DNA from: Octopus sinensis
Taxonomy: Eukaryota
DNA: 64,000 nt
NCBI RefSeq assembly: GCF_006345805.1
Contig: NC_043013.1
Span: 14,446,001-14,510,000, forward strand
Direction of reading: 5' to 3'
Numbering within the stretch: the first letter of the stretch is position 1; each line of letters begins with the position of its first letter. Made by a program: the position numbers and the translations under genes. The notes beneath the pieces were generated by a model. That model was not told the DNA's origin and did no database searches. It worked only from the letters and a program-made list of their open reading frames with translations. Below, piece by piece: positions 39,685-51,599 of this stretch.

Positions 39685-40048
39685 GTAAACAAATTTGAAT
39701 CTTTTTGTGTCTATTTCATTCCTTGACTCGTATTCTATGGTTTATTCCAAAGAGAGACAATACTGTCGGCATTTGAAAAGTCTCAACGATTTCTCTGGTC
39801 AATGTAGAATGGTGTCTGTAGATAAAAATAATTTGTAGAGATTTCGTTTCAGAGAGTGAAAATTTTAATTGTGGATTGGGACACAAAATCACCAAGAGTA
39901 GTAGTAGTAGTAGTAGTTGTTGTTGTTGTTGTAGTTAAGTAGAGGGGAACGGTTTTATAAGTCATCATTGACAGCTAGAAACCCAGAACAGATAGATTGA
40001 AAGATAGATAGATAGATAGAGAGAGAGGGGGGAGATAGAGAGATAGGG

Positions 40049-40103
<55 letters not shown>

Positions 40104-40112
40104 GATAGATAG

Positions 40113-40265
<153 letters not shown>

Positions 40266-40279
40266 TAGTTGGTTGATAA

Positions 40280-40310
<31 letters not shown>

Positions 40311-40319
40311 TCTGATCAT

Positions 40320-41190
40320 CCACATCATATAATTCAGTCAAATCCGAATATCCAATTTTTGCGGATAAAATAGATTTGTACAGACATAGGGAATTTCTGG
40401 AAACATGCAAATGTTCTTGTACACCATTATGTCAAACGCGGTCACAGTGAATCACGATAAAAGCAAATAGCAAATGAGATAGCTAAGATTAGCAAAGAAA
40501 GTCTAACTTTCAGGAATAATTTTAGCAAACAACTTTAGTACAATATGTGATATAATTCCTTTAGTAATTAACTGACACCGAAATTTCGCCGGCATTTCAA
40601 AAGTATTGCATGAAAGTTACCAGCATGTTGCGGAAACTTATCCTCGTTTCGAAAAAATATTTCCTCAGCCACCTATTGTAGTCTTTAGATGAGATAAGAA
40701 TATAAGAGAACTATTAACCTCTTCTTCTGCACGCTGTTCCTTAAAAAACAGCCACAAGAGAGGTAAAGCTTGTTCATTGTGCAACATGTGTCAAGTGAAT
40801 TCCATCAGGAATCACAGCAGAAATGCTATAATTTATACACAAGGTGGGACATGTAGAGATTCCCATTTGGTGTATGCGGCAGAATGCACGAAAGACAACT
40901 TGATTTATGTTGGTTGTACAACAGAACAATTAAACAAAATATTTAATGGGCACAGATATGACGTCAGGCACAATGACAGTAGTTCGACAGAACTTGCCGA
41001 ACATTTTGCTGCAAACGGATGCAATTTTGAAAAAGACTTGAAAGTGCGTATTCTCAGAAAATATTCTGAATTTGCTACACTTTCAGTACTCAAAAGGCAT
41101 GAGAAGAAATATGTTTTGTTTGCGTGTTATTAACATCGCGCCCTGGAGGAATGACTAAAATGACAGGAGAATTCCATCATAGTTACACAA
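40320..41190 (+). mobile_element. Penelope-like element fragment (RT thumb/linker + GIY-YIG)
   Basis: Reads FPQPPIVVFR*DKNIRELL, CSLCNMC, LVYAAECTKDNLIYVGCTTEQLNKIFNGHRYD and ELAEHF. Confidence 0.85.
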
Positions 41191-41264
41191 AATTGTTTGA
41201 TTCTTCTCTATTCTTTTCTCTTTTCTTTTCTTTTTCCTCCTTTTTCTTTCTTTTTCTTTTTACC

Positions 41265-41679
41265 AGTTGTAGACAGATTCAGATCGTTCATATAAAACAG
41301 ATGATTTACTATAATATTATACATTTCGAACCCATACCTGGTGTTACACAGTTCGTTTGAGAGTGGGATCAATGGCATGCAAAAGAGTAATGGGTTGAAT
41401 GAGTCACCTTTGAGAGATGTCTCGTTCAATGTTGATGTTGTTAGATTGGCTCATCCCATTACTGTGGTTTAGAAAGAGACGTGAATTCCAATTCGCCATG
41501 GTACCCTGTAATAATTTGGAAACTACGACATTTATTTATGCCACCGTAAGCTGTTTTCTTCTGCTTCGGTACAGTCCAGGCAACTGATCAAAACTCTCCC
41601 ACCCTTTCGTTTGGACAAGTACAGCTTATCGGTATCGCTCAATATTTTTCTGGCCTAGGTATCCATTCTCATTTTTTGC

Positions 41680-41680
<1 letters not shown>
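41265..41680 (-). mobile_element. Dong/R4 LINE RT fragment
   Basis: Reads GDSFNPLLFCMPLIPLSNEL...HLFYMNDLNL and is bordered by a (CAT)n/(ATT)n tract. Confidence 0.75.
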
Positions 41681-41714
<34 letters not shown>

Positions 41715-41719
41715 ACATC

Positions 41720-41799
<80 letters not shown>

Positions 41800-41800
<1 letters not shown>

Positions 41801-44800
41801 TAGTTTTATTTTTATAGCGTGCTTTCACTTCACTACCGAGCGCAGCTCTCTGTGCCTTGGGTATGTGCTGTGATTTGTTGTGATGCTCTGATGGTTATTG
41901 TATGGAAAGTGTTCTGCGTAGGATGTGTGCAGTGCCTAGTAGTGCAATTTTCTGCATGTTATATGTGTTTGTAAGTCCTGGTGTTTTTGTTATGTATTTG
42001 TCTGAATATTTTTTTATCATGCCTAATGCACCTACTATGATAGGAATTGTTTCTGTTTTCAGATTCCACATTCTAGTTACCTCTATTTCCAGGTCTTTGT
42101 AATTTGAGAGTTTCTCCATTTCTTTTAGAGACACGTTGTCATCTGCCGGTATCGATACATCAATTAGAAAGCATTTTTTTCTTCATGATCTCTGACAACT
42201 ATATCTGGTCTGTTGGCCCTAATTTTTCTATCTGTGTATATCGGCATATCCCAGAGTATGGTTGCTTTCTCGTTTTCTGTGACCTTTTCTGGTATGTGCC
42301 CATACCATCTTTTTTCTGTTGTTATTCCATAATGTTGGCATAGCTTCCAATGTATGTAGGTTCCAACTCAGTCATGTCTGTGAATATATTCCTTCTTAGC
42401 CAGAACTGGGCAGCTAGAGATAATATGATTTATTGTTTCTTGTCCATCTCCACATATTCTGCAGTTACTTGTTATATTTCTTTTCATTACATGTTTTTGG
42501 TAATTTCTGGTGGGGAGGCTTTGGTCTTGTGCTGCAATTAAAAGTCCCTCTGTTTCTGCTTTGAGTCCTGAGCTTCTCAACCATTGCTGGGATTTTTCTT
42601 TGTCTATTTCTTTTGCGTATAGTTTAGTCCAGTATTTACCATGAAGGGGCTTTTCTTGCCATCGTTTTATCATGGTTCGTTGCTGTTCTATTTTTAGTTG
42701 GATTTCATTTGTTTTATAGCTTTTGTTGTTTCTCCTCTTCTTCTTCTTCTTCTTCATGTTTATTAGGTGTTATGATTTCTTGTTTGTATTTGTCAGCTTC
42801 CTTAAATACTGAGAACAGTTTTTTGTTTTGTTTGTGTTTTGCCGCTATCTGAAGTAGATATTTTTGCAGTCCTATGGTGGTTATTTTATAGTAGTTTTCC
42901 AGCTGTATAAGGCCTCTACCACCTTCTATACGTTGTATATATAGTCTTTCTATGTCAGATTTTGGGTGATGCATCCTAGATCCTGTCATTATTTTTCTTG
43001 TTTTCCTATCTATTTTGGTCAGTTCATTTCGTGTCCAGTTAAGGATATTGTAGCTGTAACTTATAATTGGGACAGCCAAAGTGTTGATACCTTTTATCTT
43101 GTTTTTAGCATTGAGCTCTGTTTTTAGTATTGATCTAACTCGTCTATAATATTCTTTTTTATTTTCTCTTTCATTTGTGTGTGTTGTGTCTTATCTAGTT
43201 CATGGATTCCTAAGTATTTGTAAGTTTGGATTTGGTCTAATTCTTTTATTTCATTGGTTTTATCTAGTGTGATGTTATTACTCTTAACTAGTTTTCCTCT
43301 TTTCATGGTTACTTTGGCGCATTTTTCTAATCCAAATTTCATATCCATTTCTTTGGTAAATCCATGAACTGTCTTTAATAGTGTTTCCAGCTGTTTGTCA
43401 TTTGCAGCGTATAGTTTTAGGTCATCCATATATAAAAGGTGGCTGATCGTTTTGCCGTAACATTTATATCCGCATCCAGTTCTATTTAGTATATTAGATA
43501 GAGGTGACAGTGCCAAGCAGAAAAGGAGTGGAGAGAGCGTGTCTCCCTGGAATATTCCTCTTCTAATGGGGATGTCTTTGGTTTTCATGAGTCCCTCTTT
43601 TGTTTGGAGGTGTAGGACTGTTTGCCATTTATTCATAGAGTGCTCTATGAATTTTATGATTGTTGGTGCTACTTTGTTAATGGCTAGTGTTTCGAGGATC
43701 CATGTGGGGGGGGTGCTATCAAACGCCTTTTTGTAGTCAATCCAGGCCATACTGAGGCCTTTCTTCTTTCTGTGGTTGTCTTCAGTTATGGCTTTATTAA
43801 TCATTAGTTGATCTTTACAGCCATATGAGCCTTTGCGGCATCCTTTCTGCTCTTCTGGAAACAGTTTGTTTTCGTCCAGGTGCTTGTTCAGCCTTTGCAA
43901 TATCACTGCAGTAAATGCCTTGAACATAGTAGGGAGGCAGGTTATTGGTCTGTAGTTTTCTGGTTTTGCTGTTTCATTTGATTTGGGAATTAAGATGGTT
44001 TTCCCCTTCGTGAGCCATTCAGGCATTGTCTCTGGCTCTGCTAGTATGTTGTTAAAGTTTTCAGCCAGCTTTTTGTGCATTCCTGTTAGATATTTCAACC
44101 AGAAGTTGGGGATCTTGTTATGTCCAGGTGCCTTCCAGTTGCTTAGTCTTTGCAGTGCCTGGGTGACCTCTTCAGTTGTTATGGGGGTCCAAAGTTCTTT
44201 AGATGCCGAGTTTGTTATTTTGATACTCCTTTTTTTTGGTTGTTCGTTCGCCGACCATATTTCTCTCCAGAATTCTTCCAATTCTTCTGCCGTTGGTGCT
44301 GCAGTGACTTCTATTTTATTTTTGCCCAGTTCTTGGTAGAACTTTTTGGGGTTGGAGTTGAACTTTTTGTTTTGTTCAAAGAAGCGCTGGCGTTCTCGTA
44401 CCGGCGGATCCTTTGTGCTTTGGCAAGGATATCTTGCTTCAGCTTTTCTTTTATCTCAGGCAAATCTTTCTCTGTGATGTTATATTTGCGGAGTATTTTT
44501 GTTCTCTTTTGTTGCTCAGTAGCGTTGATTGTTTGCTGATTTCATTAAGAATCGACAGGTCTTTTCTAATTTTTTTTATTTTGTTTTGGATGTTATTTAT
44601 CCACAGGGTTTGTTTGGGTGGTGGTACTCCTGTTTGGGCGGGTTTGGGTGAGTATCCAGCTTCTTTTGTGGCTGCAGTGGCTGCTGCGTATATTAAGTCA
44701 TTTAGCTGAGTGATATCACTTTTTTTTGTTTCAGTGGCTATTAGTTCTGTGACGGCTAGGTTTATGCTGTTTATAATTGGTGTTGTTATTTCGTTTATTT

Positions 44801-45348
44801 TGATTCTTGGCAGGTATGGTCGGTGGTCCATTTTGAGCTCTGTGGTTTTCAGTTCTTTGATTATTTTATTTTTTATATTATCATAAACATTAGGCTCCCC
44901 TTCGTTGTTTACATCGTGTTTGTTGGGAATGTGTTTGTCTTCGTGTTTTACAGTTTCAGTGTTTATATTATTGGGCATTGTTGTGTGGCTTCTATCTACA
45001 TTTTCCTGGTGTATTTTTTCTTTTAGATGTTCTATTTCTATTTCTGATATTTTTTTTTTTGTGTTGAGAATGTATCTTCGTACGTTAGCTAATTTATTAG
45101 GGTTCATTGCTGTATCCACGTCTATATCTCTATTATTTTCCTTCCATATTTATATGTATGTGTTGTTGTATTTTCATTTTTTGGGTAGAGCACTGCTGTG
45201 AAGTATGCGTGTAAGATAGAAATGTATTCCTCACGTGTCCATTTACGTCTTTTGGGTTTTATTTGCGGGACATGAGGTACAACGTCCGGCCCATTATTTT
45301 GACGGTCGTCATTTTCGTAGGGTACCGGTCCGTTTATTTCTGTTGTCA

Positions 45349-45349
<1 letters not shown>
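41800..45349 (-). mobile_element. Near full-length Dong/R4-clade non-LTR retrotransposon inserted in (TAA)n
   Basis: Has an N-terminal RRKWTREE Myb-like motif, RT (WKAPGHNKIPNFWLK, GIFQGDTLSPLLFCL, LLYMDDLKLY), zinc knuckle CRICGDGQETINHIISSC and RLE RPDIVVRD...IDVSIP...EKLSNYKDL. Both ends abut (TAA)n. Confidence 0.95.
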
Positions 45350-45444
<95 letters not shown>

Positions 45445-45525
45445 TATTATTATTATTATTATTATTACCATCGTCATCATTATTATTATTATTATTATTA
45501 TCATCATCATCATCATCATCATCAA

Positions 45526-45579
<54 letters not shown>

Positions 45580-45580
45580 T

Positions 45581-45612
<32 letters not shown>

Positions 45613-45649
45613 TATTATTATTATATTATTATTATTATTATTATATGAA

Positions 45650-45990
45650 AACTAACAGATTATTTTGCTGGGTATAATGGAAAGTCCCAGCAGACTAAGG
45701 TGACACTTGTTTACTTGTCATGCTTCAAGAACCCCGCGAAGAATTCTTGCAGTTCGAAGCAATGCTGATTTTTTAATGTATTTTACCTGGACACTTGTAC
45801 CGATCTTTTTCAGCCATCAGCCATGTTGGTAGTGCTCATACTTCCAAGTGCACCAATTACTATTGGTATCATGTCTACTCTCTTCATTGACCACAACCTT
45901 CGTATTTTTCGCGTTAAATCGTCATAGTGTATTTTTTCTTCTTCTTTCACATTGATTCTGTTGTCACCGTGGCATACTATGTGAATTATC
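45650..45990 (-). mobile_element. Dong/R4 LINE 3' fragment (RLE end)
   Basis: Reads NVKEEEKIHYDDLTRKIRRLWSMKRVDMIPIVIGALG and is flanked by ATT repeats. Confidence 0.75.
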
Positions 45991-46017
45991 ATTTATGTTC
46001 TTTTTTTTATTCACCAC

Positions 46018-46090
<73 letters not shown>

Positions 46091-46119
46091 GTTGTTGTTG
46101 TTGTTATCTTTGCACAGCT

Positions 46120-46245
46120 AACACTGGAGATGAACTACGGTGTTAGCAGTTCACTACCAGTGAACTAAGGTAACACCTCTTATTTTTCGAGCACCATCCG
46201 GAGTATTTGAGCGGTTCCTAGCAGTGCTGTTTCCTGCAAATTATT
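46120..46245 (-). mobile_element. Very short Dong 3' end
   Basis: The minus strand reads LQETALLGTAQILRMVL and the piece lies between ATT tracts. Confidence 0.55.
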
Positions 46246-46264
46246 ACTACTATTATTATTATTT

Positions 46265-47190
46265 TTTTTTTCTTCTTTCAAATTTGCTTCCATTTCTTGC
46301 CGAGTGTCTTCCCGACTCCTAGGGCAAAGAAACTCATAGTATAACATTGGTAGGCCATTAAACCAAACTCAATAGTTCGTTCATTTTTTTTTTTAAGTTA
46401 GATTAAAATACATGAGCAGCAACAGTTCTCACATCGACAATGCTCTTCTCAATACGTGTGATGTACCAGTTAAGACAATCTTTTGCACTTCTTGCAGGGA
46501 TGGTAAGCCAGGGATCATTCTCATATAATTTTCGGTTCCCTTCTTGATCATTCCTAGTGCTCCTACGATCACTGGTATTGTAACCGCCTTGAGACGCCAC
46601 ATTTTCTCAATTTCAATGAGTAGGTCTTTATATTTTCTGAGCTTGTCAAACTCTTTCGCTGAGATATTATGATCACAGGAGATGCTCATGTCGATCAATA
46701 AGCAAACTTTATTGTTTTGGTCTTTCACAACAATATCTGGTTTATTGGCCTTGATGGTTCGGTCTGTATGTACTGGAAAGTCCCACAGAATGGTTACATT
46801 TTCTCCTTCAGTTACAGCCTCAGGGTGGTGATTATACCACTTGTCGGCAGTTTTGATATTGTAATACCGACTTATTAGCCAGTGGAGATATTGGCCAACT
46901 CTGTCATGTCTTAATTTATACTCCACTGGTGCTAAGACTTTACATCCAGAGATTAGGTGGTCCATTGTTTCAATCATGTTGCAGAATCGGCATTTTGGGT
47001 CTGCTCCATTTTTCATCACATTGGCCTGGTAGTTCCGGGTTAATAGGCTTTGATCTTGAGCAGCCAGGATGAAACCTTCGCTCTCTGCTTTTAGCCCTGA
47101 GCTCCGTATCCACTGATGGGTTTGCTTCTGGTCAACATCAGTTTGTTTGCTGCGGGTCACATATTTGCCGTGCAGAGGTTTCTCCTCCCA
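46265..47190 (-). mobile_element. 5'-truncated Dong/R4 LINE
   Basis: Reads WEEKPLHGKY, LKAESEGFILAAQDQ, CRFCNMIETMDHLISGC, RHDRVG, KPDIVVKD...IDMSISCD and IVGALG. (AAT)n lies on both sides. Confidence 0.9.
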
Positions 47191-47225
47191 CCTATCAGCC
47201 TTATTATTAATATTATTATTATTAA

Positions 47226-47283
<58 letters not shown>

Positions 47284-47321
47284 ATTATTATTATTAATAT
47301 TATTATTATTATTATTATTAA

Positions 47322-47367
<46 letters not shown>

Positions 47368-47396
47368 ATTATTATTATTAGTATTGTTATTATTCA

Positions 47397-47481
<85 letters not shown>

Positions 47482-47615
47482 TCTTTACCCAGTATTTTTT
47501 ATCTATTCATTATTTTTCATTGAACTAAAACAATAAAACTCTTCACCATAAAAGCAGCCCGCCACAATTAAGAAAACCGAACCAAAACGTTCATTTACCT
47601 TTTCTATTCTTTCAG

Positions 47616-47846
47616 GAAGATGTCCTGTGGATTTCATTTACAACAGTTATCTTGCTAGTAACAATGATTTGGGTGTCACGTCTGATATTAATTATAGGCA
47701 GTGTTTCTACAAATGTGAAGCAGAACCAACCTGTCAATCATTTGACTACAACTTTAATACGAATGTTTGCTACATGTCAACTTATAACCATACTAACGGA
47801 GTTTTGCGTTGCATCAGAAATGACGTTTACATTGAAATAAACAGAA
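47616..47846 (+). CDS. PAN/Apple domain 2 exon
   Basis: TTCTTTCAG| ... |GTAAGT, 231 nt, phase 1-1. Contains RCP...QCFYKCEAEPTCQSFDYNFNTNVCYMS...C. Confidence 0.85.
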
Positions 47847-48037
47847 GTAAGTGTAAATTCGCTTTACATTTCCTTATACTTTTCTTCTATCTAGACCTCT
47901 TCATCCAAGTGCTTCCTCCTGTTTTGTTTAGTCCGTGCTTATGGACTATATATATTTATGTGTGTGTGTTTGTGTGCGTGTGTGTGTGCACGTGTATAAA
48001 TGCAGGTGTGTGTGTCCGTGCATGTGTGTTGTGTGTG

Positions 48038-48070
<33 letters not shown>

Positions 48071-48376
48071 GTTTCAACGCGTGTTATTGTGTATGTGTTT
48101 GTCGCCCATTACCTCTTGACAATGGTGTTACTGAGTTTACGTTCACGTAACTTAGCGGTTTGGCAAAAGGAACCGAAAAAAGAATTAAAGACTTGGGTCA
48201 ATTGGTTCGACTAAAATTATTCGAGGCGGTTAATGATGTCGAACAATTCGACCCTAGCCCTTAATGATGTTATCATTAAAGGCATGGAACTGTGTATTAA
48301 TGTCCCGGTTGCTAACTGAGGAAGAAATAGGGACCTTCTCTGTCTCTCCTATGCGTACGTTTTTTAGTATTTAATG

Positions 48377-48412
<36 letters not shown>

Positions 48413-48912
48413 TCTTACTGGTCTCAACAGAATCCACGTCGTGGTGTTTTGTCGGTAGTAAGCATAATAGCTGTAAGTTTAAAGTTGAATGTAATAAAAA
48501 AAAGTTCATAATTGTTTCTTACTGGTCTCAACAGAATCCACGTAGTTGTTTTTAGTTGTGATATGTGTCCGAATGACCAGTGGCTGAAATGGCAGTAGCA
48601 GCAGTGACTGTTGGTCGTAGTAGTAGTAACCGTTACCGACAAAACACCACCACGTGGATTCTGTTGAGACCAGTAAGAAACAATTATGAACTTTTTTATT
48701 ACACTTAACTTTTAAAAATATTTTTGATAAGGTTCGTTTTTTCAAGAAGAACCGAAACATGTAAAATTTCTTAGAAAATAAAACTTATCTTATATAGTGG
48801 CGTTTTCAAACTTCTTTTTTATAAATATATACCCACTCGCATACGATCTACACTTATTATAAATATATATATATACACACACACATATATAGGTGTGTGT
48901 GTGTGTGTGTGT

Positions 48913-48948
<36 letters not shown>

Positions 48949-49365
48949 GGATTTTAGTATTAAAGAAATCATTAATGTTATCATATCCACGAGAGAAATA
49001 GGAGACTATTTTATTTTTATTCCATTTCAGAACTTTGGAATGACCTTAACCAGCCCCTTACACTGGAGAAGATTAACTCCGTGGGATGTGATATAAGTGT
49101 TTTCGACTCTTATTATTTCGTTGACAGTAAAACCATTTTTTATTGTTTACTTATTGTGTTCTTTGTTTCTGTTCCTTGTTCCTCATCTTTAATTCATTGA
49201 TCTTTCTCCGGTTCTTGCCGAAAGAACTGAAATTAATAAATATCCATTTCTTTCACATTGCATTATTATTTCTACTTAGAGTCTTGATTCTTAGTTAAAT
49301 AAATTAGCAGTAAATTAATAATTAACATCCTTTCAAAAGGATGTCGTAAAACTAATCCACAAGTA

Positions 49366-50536
49366 CGCGGTGGTATCAAAAACTTCCCGGACTTGATACG
49401 TTTTGAAAAATAACTTGTTTACCTAAGTTTTCGCATCAAATCCTTTGAAATAGTCACCTTGCGCAACAATACTCTAGCCTCAGCATTCCCGCCACTTTTA
49501 GCTTGGAAGTAGTTTTCCTTAAGCGAGTTGGAAACCTTCTGCGTTTCGATCTGGATTTTGACAATGGTGTTCAGACGGTGGCCTTTAAGCTGCCTTTTTA
49601 TCTTGGGGAAGAGATGGAAATTCGCAGGTACTAAATCTGGCGAATAGGACAGGTGTGGAAGCGTAACCATGTTGTTTTTGGCGAGAAACTCACGAGTAAG
49701 AATGCATTGTCGTCACAAATCCGGTCGCTTTTTGCCGAATGTCCTCTCTAAAACACTTCAAAATATCACAGTAGAACTCTCGACTGATGGTCTGACCCTG
49801 GCGGTCGAAATCTAAATGGTCAATACCTCAGATGTCGAAAAAAAGATGAGCATGCTTTTCATTGAGCTGCGGATCTGTCGGGTTGAGTTCGGTCGTGGAG
49901 ATGAAGGACTTCTCCATTTTGACAATTGCTGCTTCACCTCAGAATCGTACTCGTAGACTCAACTTTCGTCACCAGCGATGATCCTCAACATGAAGTATGA
50001 GTCATCAAGGCTGACGGAGAACATGACAAATTCGGAGCGATGTTTTTTCTGCTCAGTGATCAACAGTGGGGAGAACTTAGTAGAGACATGCCGCATGTTC
50101 AATTCAGACGTTAAGATTGTCTGCATAAATCCATACGACAGACCAACAACATCAGCAATGTCGTTGATTATCTACCTACGATCCTCATTCAGAAGCTGAT
50201 GGATTTTTTTCCACATCTCCGAGGAGTGACGCCCGTCGCAGATCTTCCAAATCGCTCATCGTCTTCCAGGGATGTTCTGCTTTTGAAAAGCCCGTGCCAC
50301 TCTACATATTGCGTACAACCAATTGCCTCGTTAACTTTAGCTTGCAGAAGCATGTTCAATGTCTCTGTAACAGACGTCCCAAGGTTAATGCAAAATTTCA
50401 TGTTGTAAATACAGCGGTGTCACTCAGCACACTGTCTCATAACTATCGTTGGTAGCTCTCACTGTGCACTTAACCGTGTGCTGCCATCTGTGAGCGCGTT
50501 ATAGAACTAGTCCGGGGATTGTTTGATACCACTTTG
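49366..50536 (-). mobile_element. Mariner transposon, full length but decayed
   Basis: TIRs CGCGGTGGTATCAAAAACTTCCCGGACT / AGTCCGGGGATTGTTTGATACCACTTTG are flanked by TA. Reads MKFCINLGTSVTET...SLEDDERFGRS and PHLSYSPDLVPANFHLFPKIKRQLKG. Confidence 0.9.
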
Positions 50537-50963
50537 TACATTTAAAATCTGGAAGATGAATTATTATTAATCGACGTTTTCATTAAAAAACACAACACGC
50601 TTCGTTACTAACTTGCACAGAAATACCTCAATAAATCTCGCTGGTAATACGAGAACCACTCTACCTCCGAGATAACCAGCTACATACCCCTTCTCATTCT
50701 TCCGTCATACATGCTATTTCACCAGCCAGATCCCGCATCAATTATTATCCCAAATCCCCCCTTTCTAGATTATGCAACACCCAAGAACTCACTCCATACT
50801 TACACTAACCTAAAGATGTCCAAACGGAATATTAGTAACATCAATCTATCGAATCAATAGACCATATCTATTCGTTTCCTTTGTACTTTGTCAGACTAGA
50901 GCAATAATTTAATTTATGCTCTTATATTTATTGTGTTTCCTCTTTCCATTTTTTCTATTGCAG

Positions 50964-51160
50964 AAAAAGAAATTAATGGCCAGACAGCTTATTCAACTTT
51001 TTCCTTCAAACCAAATCCATATCACAACCTTGTAACCGAGGCCCAAATGGATGCCCGATCGGTCTTGGATTGTTCACGTTTATGTATGGTATCTTCTACA
51101 TGTACCGCCTTTTCATATACTAACACTAAGTGCCAACTAAAGAAACTTGTTGACCTTTAA
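50964..51160 (+). CDS. PAN/Apple domain 3, terminal exon
   Basis: TTTTCTATTGCAG| phase 1. Reads ARSVLDCSRLCMVSSTCTAFSYTNTKCQLKKLVDL* and is in frame with the previous exon (A+AA = Lys). Confidence 0.8.
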
Positions 51161-51268
51161 TGGAATTCACCCAAAAATTATTTACTTCTCAATGAAATGT
51201 GAGCAAGACTTCAACGGATCATGTTTGCTAATAATAATTATATCAGATAAAATGTGTGTTTCTTTATC

Positions 51269-51274
51269 AATAAA
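51269..51274 (+). promoter_or_regulatory. Candidate polyadenylation signal of the PAN gene
   Basis: AATAAA lies ~110 nt after the stop codon and is followed by T-rich sequence. Confidence 0.45.
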
Positions 51275-51599
51275 ATCAACTTAATTATGATAATTCTTTT
51301 GTTAATTTATTTTTATTTCTAATGTTTTTCGTCTTAAATTAGTCTTCTCTTATAAATCCATTCACACATTTGAAGGTTTATAAGATTTTTAAATTTACCC
51401 TTGTACCAATGAAACACTTGGTTATTATTTTATCGACCTTTGAAGAATGAAACATTAAGTTAACCTGGACATCATTTAATCTCAAAACGTAACGGGTCTA
51501 AACTAAATACTACAAACAGTTAAACCGAATCTTCAACACATTTTATCCATCATCTAAATAATATAGCAAATAAAAGACTTGCGCTTGGCTGATTTCTTT

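Noticed and set aside
48655-48695. CTGTTGA...GAAAC HHR-like string
   Set aside because: A6 is substituted, helix II does not pair and there is no GUH/helix III.
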